Positions 19,771 through 29,530 of a stretch of DNA of 64,000 nt are shown piece by piece (the stretch's first letter is position 1; each line of letters starts with the position of its first letter). Position numbers and translations under genes: made by a program. A model generated the notes under the pieces. The model worked only from the letters and a program-made list of their open reading frames with translations. It made no database searches and was not told where the DNA came from. The stretch comes from Methanobacteriota archaeon (GTDB lineage Archaea > Thermoplasmatota > Poseidoniia > Poseidoniales > Thalassarchaeaceae), in the NCBI GenBank assembly GCA_002698225.1, contig NZWD01000004.1, forward strand, positions 20,090 through 84,089, written 5' to 3'.

Positions 19771-20529
19771 ATGGCCCGCATTGCGGTGCTTTGCGGAACT
19801 GGCATGAGTGCCTTTGCTTCACACCTATCCTCTACTAAGGGCGCCAAATCAAGTACCCTGAGGGTTGATTCTGAGTGGGGCCAAGTTCCCGCTACTCTGG
19901 TTGATACTAGAGACGGAGAGGTCATGATAATCGACAGACACCACTCTGATTCCGACTCAAGAACTCCTCCTCATCAGATTGAACATCGTGCCAATGTGCA
20001 TGCAGCAGCGAGCTTCCAGCCCAATTTGATTCTCAGTATCAACTCTGTAGGTAGCATGCGAGAAGACCTACCCCCGGGAACCATAGGTGTTGCAGCCGAT
20101 GTCCTAGATCTAGCAGAGAAGCCATGGACATTCCATGACAAGCATGCAACACACGCCGACAGAACATCTTGCTTTGATTCGCATGCTAGTCAAACCTGTG
20201 CCAATACTCTCCACTCCGCCCAAGGACAAGTCACCTATGACCTAGTGGTGGCGCAGTGTGTCGGACCTCAATTTGAGTCTCCCTCAGAGATAGATGCTCT
20301 AGAGAGACTAGGGGCTGATGTAGTGGGAATGACTCTAGGCCCTGAGTCAAGACTCGTAGCAGAGACAGGCATTCCTCATGTAGCACTATCATGTTCTTCA
20401 AACTGGGCTGCTGGCAGAACGCCTGGCTCGCCGAAAGCCGAAATTGATCACGAGGCGGTGGATGAGATGGCAGCATCGATGCGAGAGAGGGTGGATGAGT
20501 GCGTGAAGGCCCTGTTATCCAGCGGGTGA
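19771..20529 (+). CDS. purine-nucleoside / 5'-methylthioadenosine phosphorylase family protein (PNP/MTAP)
   Basis: 'RIAVLCGTG' N-terminus and the 'GADVVGMTLGPE' motif typical of the PNP/MTAP family I phosphorylases. Confidence 0.75.
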   Translation: MARIAVLCGTGMSAFASHLSSTKGAKSSTLRVDSEWGQVPATLVDTRDGEVMIIDRHHSDSDSRTPPHQIEHRANVHAAASFQPNLILSINSVGSMREDLPPGTIGVAADVLDLAEKPWTFHDKHATHADRTSCFDSHASQTCANTLHSAQGQVTYDLVVAQCVGPQFESPSEIDALERLGADVVGMTLGPESRLVAETGIPHVALSCSSNWAAGRTPGSPKAEIDHEAVDEMAASMRERVDECVKALLSSG

Positions 20530-20533
20530 TTAC

Positions 20534-20866
20534 TTGGAGAGTGACACTAGGAACGGACTCCTACTTATCGCTGTGTCATTGATAATGCTCCCTGTGATGA
20601 TGGATCTAATGCAGTATCACGATGATGCTTCTGACGAGTATGAGCGAGAGTGTGATATTAATTACAGAATCCTGATTCTAGACAACAACGATCCTATCGA
20701 CGCAGCACAGTGCGAAGAGTTAGAGGATGAGATGTCGAAAAGGCTGGTCTACTTCATCGGATCAATGGTAATTTTCGTACTATCGGGACTTTGCGGCATT
20801 GCGTTAGTACTGCCGCAAGGCGACAACGGCCGTAGGCAACCACCGATGGGCGGACAACTACGTTGA
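20534..20866 (+). CDS. small membrane protein, hypothetical
   Basis: 110 aa with two predicted TM helices and an acidic loop. Confidence 0.35.
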   Translation: MESDTRNGLLLIAVSLIMLPVMMDLMQYHDDASDEYERECDINYRILILDNNDPIDAAQCEELEDEMSKRLVYFIGSMVIFVLSGLCGIALVLPQGDNGRRQPPMGGQLR

Positions 20867-20891
20867 TGGGTCGCGACTTCTAGCGACTGAC

Positions 20892-21287
20892 ATGGCAAGA
20901 CCGGTGAATGTAGACGATTGGATTCAGATTGAAGCTCAGGATAGCCCTGACGGCTCATGGTATACGATGATGTCTAGAGTCGCTGCTTTCCATCACAAGC
21001 ACGATTTCGCATCAAAGGAGAACCACGGTCACGATATGGGCTACAGGGTGGCATTGACTGTCGAGGAACTGGGTGAGTTCGCAGCTGCGATAACTAAGGG
21101 TAAGCCCGACGAGGAGGCCGCCGAAGAACTGGCGGATTTACTGATACTGGTTCTGGGCCACTCACTTGCAATGAAAATCGATCTTGAGACCGAGTTCCAC
21201 AAGAAGATGGATCGGATTATGACTAGAGATGCGCGCAGAGGTAGACTAGGTATTCGCGTCACAGAGTACACGGGGGAAAAATCATAG
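20892..21287 (+). CDS. MazG-like nucleotide pyrophosphohydrolase family protein
   Basis: All-alpha NTP-PPase signature 'TVEELGEFAAAI...EELADLLILVL'. Confidence 0.6.
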   Translation: MARPVNVDDWIQIEAQDSPDGSWYTMMSRVAAFHHKHDFASKENHGHDMGYRVALTVEELGEFAAAITKGKPDEEAAEELADLLILVLGHSLAMKIDLETEFHKKMDRIMTRDARRGRLGIRVTEYTGEKS

Positions 21288-21397
21288 AAGTATAAGGCCA
21301 TTCTCAAATCTACAATTATACAATATTCTTCTATCTATAAACGATGTACTGAGACACTATTAGAACTACTTATATTGTACACAACCCTCACCTATTT

Positions 21398-22180
21398 ATG
21401 TTCCGGGCGTTGGAAGAAGCATTGGCGGGATTACCAGCACCCACTAGCCCTAAAACAAATCATGGAGGTAACAATCCAAAGCTAGTTCCGCCCAACGAGG
21501 GAGTAGTAAACAAAGAGTGCAGTTTGGCATTGTGCAAAAGATATGAAAAGATATACACAAATCTGTCTGCAAAATCAATGAAACCTGCGACTAAGGTGGG
21601 TACTCACCATGGATTGTTTTCAGGTCGAAGTTATGATGTTGGATTTGGGCCTAATGATTCAGATTTTCCTCAACATGCAATTGAAAATAAAGTCCTGCCG
21701 AGTGAAAATTCTGGAGGGTGGCAGACAATCCGTGGCTTTCTCGGAGCAACTTTACTTACTGCTGTTGATTCAAATCAGAACCCAAATACAAACTATCATG
21801 CAGTCCTTGTATTGCCAACATCTGAATACTCTCGTGATACTCGTTCGATGCGCTGTTTGAAAGCTACAGTCGGTAAACAATTAGAACTAGTTATTGAACC
21901 GTCAATTGCTTCGACAGATAAAACTGGTTTTCACGAAGCATACAATGAACATTTTACTGTAATTAAGCCCAAAACTCGAGGGCATATTGGTGCGATGTTT
22001 GCCAAGTTTCCAAGTCACGCCAGCTCGTTCGTAGGACTCTATCGCAGAAGGGGCGTACTAAGAGCGAAGTGGGATGTCAGTACTGTTATTGGTGGCGAAT
22101 ACACGGCTATAGTGCATTCCGTTAGCTCATTCGACGCCGATTTGCCAGATGGAATCACTCTAGAATATTGGTGGCCCTAA
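21398..22180 (+). CDS. hypothetical protein in a compositionally atypical (lower-GC) segment
   Basis: 260-aa ORF preceded by a ~110-bp AT-rich intergenic region (21288-21397). The codon usage is visibly more AT-rich than in neighbouring genes, and no motifs were recognised. Confidence 0.45.
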   Translation: MFRALEEALAGLPAPTSPKTNHGGNNPKLVPPNEGVVNKECSLALCKRYEKIYTNLSAKSMKPATKVGTHHGLFSGRSYDVGFGPNDSDFPQHAIENKVLPSENSGGWQTIRGFLGATLLTAVDSNQNPNTNYHAVLVLPTSEYSRDTRSMRCLKATVGKQLELVIEPSIASTDKTGFHEAYNEHFTVIKPKTRGHIGAMFAKFPSHASSFVGLYRRRGVLRAKWDVSTVIGGEYTAIVHSVSSFDADLPDGITLEYWWP

Positions 22181-22189
22181 GTCGGGAAA

Positions 22190-22609
22190 CTATGTTTTTG
22201 CCCTTAACAGATCATCGAGTGAAGGCCGCACCCCGGGTCTCCAATCTGCAATCCATAGGCTGAGCAATATCCCTCCTATCTGGGCAAACATTCTGATTAC
22301 ATGTCCAGTAGGGGAAAGAGAAGCTCCATCTCCGAGTTCCACATCATAGACCCACATGTAGAGATTGGCCGGATACAGCGCCACTAGAAGAGCTGCGCTG
22401 GCATATCCGCCAATTTTCCTCGTCCTTGGTAGAATCAAACAGATTCCAACCGCTATCTCAACAACTCCACTAGCCAGTACCCAGAAGGTCGCAGACCCCA
22501 TTATTGGAGGGACAATTGGCTCAAACCAACTCGTATCTGTGAAGTGCAGTACTCCTGCGTAGGTGAAGAACAGGCCACCGGCTAGGGCAAACAGCCAACG
22601 CAGATCCAT
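22190..22609 (-). CDS. DoxX-like membrane protein
   Basis: Four TM helices of DoxX-like composition. The start is placed at the Met that avoids overlap with folA; the longer ORF would extend to 22660. Confidence 0.5.
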   Translation of the reverse strand: MDLRWLFALAGGLFFTYAGVLHFTDTSWFEPIVPPIMGSATFWVLASGVVEIAVGICLILPRTRKIGGYASAALLVALYPANLYMWVYDVELGDGASLSPTGHVIRMFAQIGGILLSLWIADWRPGVRPSLDDLLRAKT

Positions 22610-22610
22610 G

Positions 22611-23120
22611 TCATCCCCGGGTCCAGATAGAATATGTGGAGGCGAACTCGTTATTCTCATCCGCCGTGACTCTCTCTACCACTTTCTCAGACCATTCTTT
22701 CCTGTCCCAATCAGGGAACCTAACCTCACCACTGCTATCTGTGTGCACAATGGTCGCGTGAATCTCCTCAACCCTATCTAGAAACATTTCGTAGACCTGC
22801 GCTCCCCCAATCACCCAACACTCGTCACTTCCTTCAGCATAAGCCAACTCGATTGCTCGGCCGACATACAGAGCAGTCTCAGCACCCTTGGCTTGCCAGT
22901 TCGTGTCACGCGACATCACAATGTTGACTCGCTCAGGTAGTGGTCTGAAGGTATCTGGCAGGGAATCCCAGGTCTTCCTGCCCATAATTACCGAATTGAA
23001 TCCATCTCCCTCTGTCAGACTCTTGAAGCGGGTCATGTCACTCGCCAGTCTCCAAGGGAGTTGGTTGCCTCTTCCGATGAAACCTTCCTCGTCCATGGCT
23101 ACTATCATCGCCATCTTCAT
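22611..23120 (-). CDS. folA: dihydrofolate reductase
   Basis: 'MIVAMDEEGFIGRGNQLPW...MGRKTWDSLP...VIGGAQVY', the DHFR fold signature. It lies immediately downstream of thyA. Confidence 0.85.
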   Translation of the reverse strand: MKMAMIVAMDEEGFIGRGNQLPWRLASDMTRFKSLTEGDGFNSVIMGRKTWDSLPDTFRPLPERVNIVMSRDTNWQAKGAETALYVGRAIELAYAEGSDECWVIGGAQVYEMFLDRVEEIHATIVHTDSSGEVRFPDWDRKEWSEKVVERVTADENNEFASTYSIWTRG

Positions 23121-23129
23121 TGGCTCACC

Positions 23130-23924
23130 TCAAACAGAAATCGGGGCCGAGATATGTGGATGGTGGTTGTAGTCCAATATCTCGATTTTCTCGTAGGAGA
23201 AGTCGTCTATCGACTTCACATCCGGGTCAAGCCTCAGAGCCGGAAGCTCAAGTGGTACGCGACCAATCTGCTCGCGGGCTTGGTCTAGGTGGTTGAGGTA
23301 CAGATGACAATCCCCACCAGTCCAGACGAATTCGCCAGGCTCGAGGTCACAAACTTGAGCCATCATGCAAGTTAGCAGACTGTACGAAGAGATGTTGAAG
23401 GGTACTCCGAGAAAAGCATCTGCACTTCTCTGGTATAGTTGGCATGACAACTTACCATCGTTGACATAGAACTGGAAGAAGGCATGGCATGGCATTAGTG
23501 CCATCTCGTCGAGTTCTCCAACATTCCATGCCGAGACAATGATTCGTCGGCTATTCGGATTGTTCTTGATTAGATCTATAGCATTCTCAATCTGATCGAC
23601 CACAGTGCCGTCATCGGCCTCCCACTTCCTCCATTGCTTTCCATATACTGGACCTAGGTTACCGTCTTCGTCTGCCCACTCGTTCCAGATTCTAACCTTA
23701 TTCTCTTGTAGGTAACTAACATTGGTATCTCCTGATAGGAACCAGAGTAACTCATGGATGATGCTCGGCCAGTGTACCTTCTTGGTGGTCACCGCAGGAA
23801 AACCATCAGACAGATCAAACCTCATCTGGTGGCCGAATACCGAGATTGTACCAGTTCCCGTACGGTCACCTTTTTGCTCGCCCTCAGCGAGAATGCGACG
23901 CAGGAAATCGAGATACTGCTGCAT
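23130..23924 (-). CDS. thyA: thymidylate synthase (ThyA type)
   Basis: 'YLDLLRRIL'-like N-terminus, 'GDRTGTGT', '[23 protein letters not shown]' (active-site Cys) and '[14 protein letters not shown]'. Confidence 0.9.
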   Translation of the reverse strand: MQQYLDFLRRILAEGEQKGDRTGTGTISVFGHQMRFDLSDGFPAVTTKKVHWPSIIHELLWFLSGDTNVSYLQENKVRIWNEWADEDGNLGPVYGKQWRKWEADDGTVVDQIENAIDLIKNNPNSRRIIVSAWNVGELDEMALMPCHAFFQFYVNDGKLSCQLYQRSADAFLGVPFNISSYSLLTCMMAQVCDLEPGEFVWTGGDCHLYLNHLDQAREQIGRVPLELPALRLDPDVKSIDDFSYEKIEILDYNHHPHISAPISV

Positions 23925-23977
23925 ATGCCTACTGCGCTGTGCACCGGTAGTCCATCAAGGATGCGGCTTGAGTTCCA

Positions 23978-24739
23978 CTAGGGTGCGCCCATCTGCCGCA
24001 TAGTCTCAATCAATTGATCTGTGAACCTACGGTACATACTACTCATCTCATCTTCGGAATCAGATAATCGTCCGATGTCACCATCCGACAAACCTCCTCC
24101 TTGCTCAGATGCAGCCCATTGGGCGAAATTGATTGGCTCATCAATTCTGACTTCGACCCTCTCCCATAGTCTGATCATCTTGGAACCAGGACTCATCATA
24201 TTCTGTGTACCAACCATCACCATTGGGACTACTGGCACATCAGGAAAGCGTGCGGCGAGTCGAGCGACCCCAGTCTTACCTCTCTGTAGATAAGGCGGAT
24301 CGCGCTTGCGGCTGCGAGTACCTTCTGGATAGATTCCTAACGCAAGCCCCGCATCGAGAACATCAACTGCTCTGGCTAGAGCATCTCTTGCACCAGTCTC
24401 TCTGAATGTCTCTATCTGACCAGTACTGGTCATTACAAGGCGCTTTAGTGGATTCTCGAAGTTCTCTTTCTTCGACAGAAAGTGAATTGGCCGACGAGCC
24501 GCTTGAACCATGAATATAGGATCGAGGTTGGAGATGTGATTGCTGACAACTATTACAGGTCCATTACGAGGAATCCTAGAGAGGCCGTGGAATCTGACAT
24601 CTGTGAAACTGCGAATAGAGGTCGCTAGAACGGCGATAACAAATTGATAGACCGCAGGAGAGCGAAATGGAGTACCAGTCCCCTCCATCTTAACTGCACT
24701 GGAGATCGATACCAAAGACTCAGAACTCAGCCCACCCAT
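23978..24739 (-). CDS. 1-acyl-sn-glycerol-3-phosphate acyltransferase-like protein (PlsC/LPLAT family)
   Basis: The HX4D acyltransferase motif is present ('VVSNHISNLDP'), together with 'IYPEGTRS' (motif III) and an N-terminal membrane segment. Confidence 0.7.
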   Translation of the reverse strand: MGGLSSESLVSISSAVKMEGTGTPFRSPAVYQFVIAVLATSIRSFTDVRFHGLSRIPRNGPVIVVSNHISNLDPIFMVQAARRPIHFLSKKENFENPLKRLVMTSTGQIETFRETGARDALARAVDVLDAGLALGIYPEGTRSRKRDPPYLQRGKTGVARLAARFPDVPVVPMVMVGTQNMMSPGSKMIRLWERVEVRIDEPINFAQWAASEQGGGLSDGDIGRLSDSEDEMSSMYRRFTDQLIETMRQMGAP

Positions 24740-25913
24740 GTTTCTCCAGCTTCACGGACGCTTATTGTGTTACTCGCAAGCAGTAGTTTATGTCTGCGTA
24801 CCATTGCCAATGCCCATGGGCAACAGGTCTTTTCGGGCGACATTGATACTTGTTCTTCTACTCACATCCATTAGTGCACCCGCGGTAGCCGGAGAGTGGT
24901 CTGATGATACTTGGCTAGAGAATATAATCGGTCCCGAGAGGATAGCCAATGGGGATGAGTTCGGATGTCAAGGCTACGAGGGAATTTCTACAACCGAAGA
25001 GAACTGGGTCATCGAGGCTTGCAGGGACTATCTTTTGGAAAGCACCAACGCATCTAGGTGGGGCATTGCTCCCGTGTCTTTCGGCATATCCGGACAAAAT
25101 CTCGATGAGGAGACGGCTGAACAGTTGACTGTGTCCGGTTTCATGATTGTCGGCGATATGCTGAGTGATGTTCCAGAGGGGCTAATTTCAGTCACCAGAA
25201 ACGGAGCCAGCCTTGAGAAGGGAGTGGCCGACACCTCTCTGATTCAATCTGCAGAGGAAGATACGCTTGTCAGTATCTATTGGAGGGCTAGAATTGATGA
25301 TCTCAGAGTCAGAGAGGACAAGGATGCAATCGCTTGGCTGGAGCAGCAGCAACTATGGCTCACTACTTGGGGAGAGTGGAACCTGCACCGCATTGCCGGA
25401 GAGTCCACTATTGCCAATCTGGAAGGCTCGCGGATTACTTCCGTCTCTCAGCCCGCTAGCACATGGTCTGTTCCTGGGACGATTAGACTAAAGTTCGATA
25501 CGGAAGTATCCGGAGTTTACAACTCGTCAGGAGAGCAGTATCCGGTAATTTCATCTGATTCTCGAAAGTTGGAAACAGGTTGGAGGCAGATTGAGGAAGG
25601 AATCTTGCTGACCCAGGCCCCTGGGACTTCAATCACAATCGAGCTTGAAAGGGAGCCAGACTCGGTAACGAGCTCCCCTGTAGTTACCTTCAACGATCAT
25701 CACCACGCTGTCACAGTCGTCGGACACCACACTACCAATCTGTTCCAGTGGACTACTGATTTTGTGAACTCTGAGTTAGTATTCACATGGCTGATAGAGA
25801 GGCCTGCCGGAATCGAGCGTAGCTGGTTCCTACCCGCTCTCGCTCTGACCATACTGATTGCGGTACCCGTTACCATCAGATATCTAGTCAAGAAGGACAT
25901 CGAGGCCCAATAG
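24738..25913 (+). CDS. secreted/surface protein with a C-terminal TM anchor, hypothetical
   Basis: Signal peptide 'LILVLLLTSISAPAVAG' and a C-terminal TM helix followed by basic residues 'LALTILIAVPVTIRYLVKKD'. Confidence 0.5.
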   Translation: MFLQLHGRLLCYSQAVVYVCVPLPMPMGNRSFRATLILVLLLTSISAPAVAGEWSDDTWLENIIGPERIANGDEFGCQGYEGISTTEENWVIEACRDYLLESTNASRWGIAPVSFGISGQNLDEETAEQLTVSGFMIVGDMLSDVPEGLISVTRNGASLEKGVADTSLIQSAEEDTLVSIYWRARIDDLRVREDKDAIAWLEQQQLWLTTWGEWNLHRIAGESTIANLEGSRITSVSQPASTWSVPGTIRLKFDTEVSGVYNSSGEQYPVISSDSRKLETGWRQIEEGILLTQAPGTSITIELEREPDSVTSSPVVTFNDHHHAVTVVGHHTTNLFQWTTDFVNSELVFTWLIERPAGIERSWFLPALALTILIAVPVTIRYLVKKDIEAQ

Positions 25914-25916
25914 ATT

Positions 25917-26984
25917 TCATTCACCTATTCTAGGGCCTTGAATTATCGCCTTCTCGCTAATCATCCTCTCTACTATGCGCGCTACGACTTCAGGAGGTAG
26001 TACTTCGGGAGGATGCACTCCGAGTGGAACTATGCCATCGTCCTGCAACCACTCTTCGATACAGAAAGCAGTCACCATGCCCGTACTGCGAGCCATAGAG
26101 GAACCATCATCACGAGCATAATCGGCATATCTCCAAACCATCTGCTTTCCATCGTGCCCCTCAGCCATGACCTCCATCCATGTGAACTCAGGAATCTTGT
26201 GATCGTACCACCACTCTCGAAGTAACTCATCTTCATCGAGTTCCCCTGAGTCTCTTTCGTCGATGAAGCGCTGAATGTGGCCGGGCCAGCGTATCGTGTA
26301 CTCAGACATCTCTACGGCTGGAATCGTTTCCAGTAGACTGCGCAGACCATCAGTTAGAAAAGCCTCCATTTGACCATGTTCTGGAACTTCGATAAAATGT
26401 CTTTCGGAGAGTGCAGGGAGAACTACTTCACCTCCGTCTCTGATGACTCTAGCGGGTCTGGTATACTCTGCAATGACATCTTTTGGTGAAAATGGAGCCA
26501 TATAACTCCAGCCAGGAGTAGGTCCAGTTGGATTGCCACCAACTCTAATTTCGGCTTTTGAGAGAGGCCCGAGGACTCGGTACCCCTCCGCTAGAAGCAT
26601 ATTCGACAAACCGGGTGCAATTCCGACATCCCAAAGCACCTTCACACCCCAGTCTTCGGCAAACTGGTGGTAACGATTAGGAGATTCATCACTAAAACTC
26701 AAGTCAACTATCCTAGTGAAAGTATCGTGATTACCACAAAGTACTCTCATCCCAATCTTACCTATTTCTCCGGGAAGCATGTTGACTACTAAGTCAACTT
26801 CAGAGCGGTCAATTTCTTCGCAGTAGTCCAGTGCGTCTTCATGATGGATAGTAATCCCGGGGTATCCAATTACCTTGGGTTTAGGCTGCATGTCGATTAC
26901 ATGTATGTCGTGTCCGGCATCAGCTAACCTACATGCAACATAGGATCCAACGAGCCCCGCACCAAGACAATGTATGACCGCCAC
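25917..26984 (-). CDS. saccharopine dehydrogenase-like NAD(P)-binding oxidoreductase
   Basis: N-terminal Rossmann motif 'VIHCLGAGLVGSYVACRL'. The length and two-domain layout fit the saccharopine/carboxynorspermidine dehydrogenase family. Confidence 0.55.
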   Translation of the reverse strand: MAVIHCLGAGLVGSYVACRLADAGHDIHVIDMQPKPKVIGYPGITIHHEDALDYCEEIDRSEVDLVVNMLPGEIGKIGMRVLCGNHDTFTRIVDLSFSDESPNRYHQFAEDWGVKVLWDVGIAPGLSNMLLAEGYRVLGPLSKAEIRVGGNPTGPTPGWSYMAPFSPKDVIAEYTRPARVIRDGGEVVLPALSERHFIEVPEHGQMEAFLTDGLRSLLETIPAVEMSEYTIRWPGHIQRFIDERDSGELDEDELLREWWYDHKIPEFTWMEVMAEGHDGKQMVWRYADYARDDGSSMARSTGMVTAFCIEEWLQDDGIVPLGVHPPEVLPPEVVARIVERMISEKAIIQGPRIGE

Positions 26985-27081
26985 GGTTCGACGAGCCCGT
27001 TTCTCGTATTCTGTCTAACGGTCGCACTCTGAGGCCTGTGAACGGCGATGCCTTGATTGAGGGAATCGCAGGCCAAGGGGC

Positions 27082-28461
27082 ATGGCTGGCGCAGGGCGCA
27101 TAGACCCGTGGTCGTCCGAACAGTCGCAGGACTATGCTAGGATAATCGACCAGTTTGGTCTCGGCTCGATAGATATCCCGAGCATCCCTAATCCTGGAAT
27201 GTTGCATCGAAGAGGGATCGTATTCGCACACCGTGATCTCGATGTAGTTCTTGGTTGCATGAAACGTTCCGAGCCGTTCGGAGTTCTGACCGGCCTGATG
27301 CCCAGTGGTAGAATGCATCTGGGCCATTCCATGGTAATAGATCAGGTCAAGTGGTTCCAAGATCAGGGAGCTGATATCACGGTCACAGTCGCTGATCTAG
27401 AGGCTTTGGCCACACGGGGAACCTCTCTCGAGACTGGTAGGAGAACTGCCATTGAGGAGTATGTACTCAACTATGCTGCAATGGGTCTCGATCCTGAGAA
27501 CACCAATGTGTACTTCCAAAGCTCTCGTCCCGAAGTGCAACGATTAGCCTTCACTCTCGGTAGAAGAACCAATCTTTCTGAGTTTGAAGCAATCTATGGA
27601 TTTGAGGGTGAGACCAATCTTGCCCATGTCCAAGCTCCACTAGTCCAGGTGGGTGATATCATACACCCTCAACTCGATGAGTTCGGAGGATTAAGGCCAA
27701 TTGTAGTCCCCGTTGGTATAGACCAAGATCCTCACATTCGACTGACCCGTGGAATTGCCGGCAAGACTCATTGGTTCAATGTCAAACCACGTCACAAAGG
27801 AGGCGTGACAGTTGCTCTATCAGTGCAGGAGGGAAATCAAGATGCTCTGGGAGTCATATCAGGAAAGGTAGACACTGATTCGAGGCAGTCTTTGTTCGAG
27901 CGAATATCTTCGGCCCTCTCCCCTTTGGGTTACTCCGACCAAATTGCAAATCAAAAGCATGGAACGCTTGAGATACCAGGTGCCAGCATAGATGACATAC
28001 CAAGAATCCGGATGTGCCTGCTCGCTCTGGAGCGAGAGATGGGTGGCATGGGTCTTATGCCGCCTTGCTCAACCTACCACCGCTTCGCAGTGGGCCTCAC
28101 TGGAGACAAGATGTCCTCATCACAACCCGAGACTACCATCTTCATGGACGAAGCGTTTGAGGATCTCGAGCGAAAAATCAAGAGGTCTTTCAGCGGTGGT
28201 CAGCCTACCATTGAGGAGCATCGTAGATTGGGTGGTGACTGCTCTAAGGATGTGGCATTCCAGTATCTACAGTTCTTCTTCGAGCAGGATGATAATGCTT
28301 TGCTGGAGATAAAGTCAGATTACGAAAGTGGTCGAATGCTTGCAGGAGAGATGAAACAGGCCTGCATCGACAAAGCATGGGAGTGGCTACAGGAACTGGC
28401 AGAGCGCAGAGCCATGTGGTCTGACCGATTGGATGAGTTTCTAGCACCCGACGCACTCTAG
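27082..28461 (+). CDS. trpS: tryptophanyl-tRNA synthetase (archaeal/eukaryotic type)
   Basis: 'IDPW' N-terminal motif, the class I HIGH motif as 'HLGH', and KMSKS as 'KMSSS'. Confidence 0.8.
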   Translation: MAGAGRIDPWSSEQSQDYARIIDQFGLGSIDIPSIPNPGMLHRRGIVFAHRDLDVVLGCMKRSEPFGVLTGLMPSGRMHLGHSMVIDQVKWFQDQGADITVTVADLEALATRGTSLETGRRTAIEEYVLNYAAMGLDPENTNVYFQSSRPEVQRLAFTLGRRTNLSEFEAIYGFEGETNLAHVQAPLVQVGDIIHPQLDEFGGLRPIVVPVGIDQDPHIRLTRGIAGKTHWFNVKPRHKGGVTVALSVQEGNQDALGVISGKVDTDSRQSLFERISSALSPLGYSDQIANQKHGTLEIPGASIDDIPRIRMCLLALEREMGGMGLMPPCSTYHRFAVGLTGDKMSSSQPETTIFMDEAFEDLERKIKRSFSGGQPTIEEHRRLGGDCSKDVAFQYLQFFFEQDDNALLEIKSDYESGRMLAGEMKQACIDKAWEWLQELAERRAMWSDRLDEFLAPDAL

Positions 28462-29042
28462 GACAAGTCGTCCGCGTCGAAAACCGGGACCTTTGGGCCC
28501 GAATCCAACAATGAAATCTCCTCTTCGGAGAGTTCACGCGGAACAGCATCATCATGCAGAATCTGGCTATGGCCCATAGGATCCAGCAATTGCAACTCTA
28601 CAGAGTAGTCGCCTGACCTAACGCGTGACAGCACTGCCAGTAAATCAGCGCATTGAGAGGCAACCTCTCCTTCAGCACCCCTCTGTAAGGAAACGATAAC
28701 TTCCTCAAATCGAGATAGTACTCCCTCTATGTTGGAGACATAGCCAGTTGAAGCACCACCCGGTAAAGCCTCCAAATCCAATTCGACAAGCCGCACCGTG
28801 CACGAGCCTGAGCGGACTATGCGCGTAGACATGTGCTCTGTTGAGTCGATTAGTAGACTCCATCCTCCCGGTTTCCTACCTTCAGCAGGTATGAAGTCCG
28901 TATGCTTCCATCCGCACGAGTCGCAGAGCACTGTAAGTTGAGTATGCTCACCGAAGTAGGGTATCTCTGTAGTGTGGGCAATCATGGTCAGGCCACTATC
29001 TGAGTCGCAAACCAGACAAGGTTGCTCAATCCTGCTCTCCAT
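28458..29042 (-). CDS. ZPR1-type zinc-finger protein
   Basis: 'CLVCDSDSG...TEIPYFGE...LCDSCGWK', the ZPR1 zinc-finger signature, followed by the ZPR1 beta-rich domain. The start is placed at the internal Met; the ORF could extend to 29102. Confidence 0.7.
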   Translation of the reverse strand: MESRIEQPCLVCDSDSGLTMIAHTTEIPYFGEHTQLTVLCDSCGWKHTDFIPAEGRKPGGWSLLIDSTEHMSTRIVRSGSCTVRLVELDLEALPGGASTGYVSNIEGVLSRFEEVIVSLQRGAEGEVASQCADLLAVLSRVRSGDYSVELQLLDPMGHSQILHDDAVPRELSEEEISLLDSGPKVPVFDADDLS

Positions 29043-29049
29043 ATTGGCC

Positions 29050-29514
29050 TCAGTAGTACGCAGAAGGACCTCTTTCGGGCCCCTTGACACTCTCGAAATC
29101 ATTTGGTAATAGTAGTAGTCTAGTATCGCCTAGTCTGACGACTTCTCCCGAGATATCATCCTCGACGAAGTCACGAATCCTCTCAACTGCAGTTTGTAAC
29201 TCCAACTGACGTGTGAGCAGATTACTCATCTCGACTATCACTAGATCACCGTCAGAGATCCAATCCATAACTCTTGAGACACCTGTAATGTCATCGAGCA
29301 CTGCTCTATGGACAATTGCATCTCTAATTCCTCGGGGTACCGGAGCATCCGGATAACGCTCACCAAGATCGTGGTAGTTCTGACCTGGCTCCAAGATGAA
29401 ACCAGGAGCATCGCTGACACTGGGCATCTCTATCCACCGAGGCTCACCAGCATCACCTCTGGCCATGACCGGGCGCATTTGCACATCGTCTTGACTTCTG
29501 CGGTGCTGTATCAT
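29050..29514 (-). CDS. SepF-like (DUF552) cell-division protein homolog
   Basis: C-terminal 'DGDLVIVEMSNLLTRQLELQTAVERIRDFVEDDISGEVVRLGDTRLLLLP' matches the SepF core pattern (G.iv.vnl..l...a.R.iDF..G.v..lg....LL.P). Confidence 0.5.
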   Translation of the reverse strand: MIQHRRSQDDVQMRPVMARGDAGEPRWIEMPSVSDAPGFILEPGQNYHDLGERYPDAPVPRGIRDAIVHRAVLDDITGVSRVMDWISDGDLVIVEMSNLLTRQLELQTAVERIRDFVEDDISGEVVRLGDTRLLLLPNDFESVKGPERGPSAYY

Positions 29515-29530
29515 CGCAAATCACGATTAG

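Noticed and set aside
26929-27360. 143-aa minus-strand ORF overlapping the 5' end of trpS
   Set aside because: It is antisense to a well-supported aaRS gene and to the end of the dehydrogenase gene, and no motifs were recognised. Likely a spurious overlap ORF.
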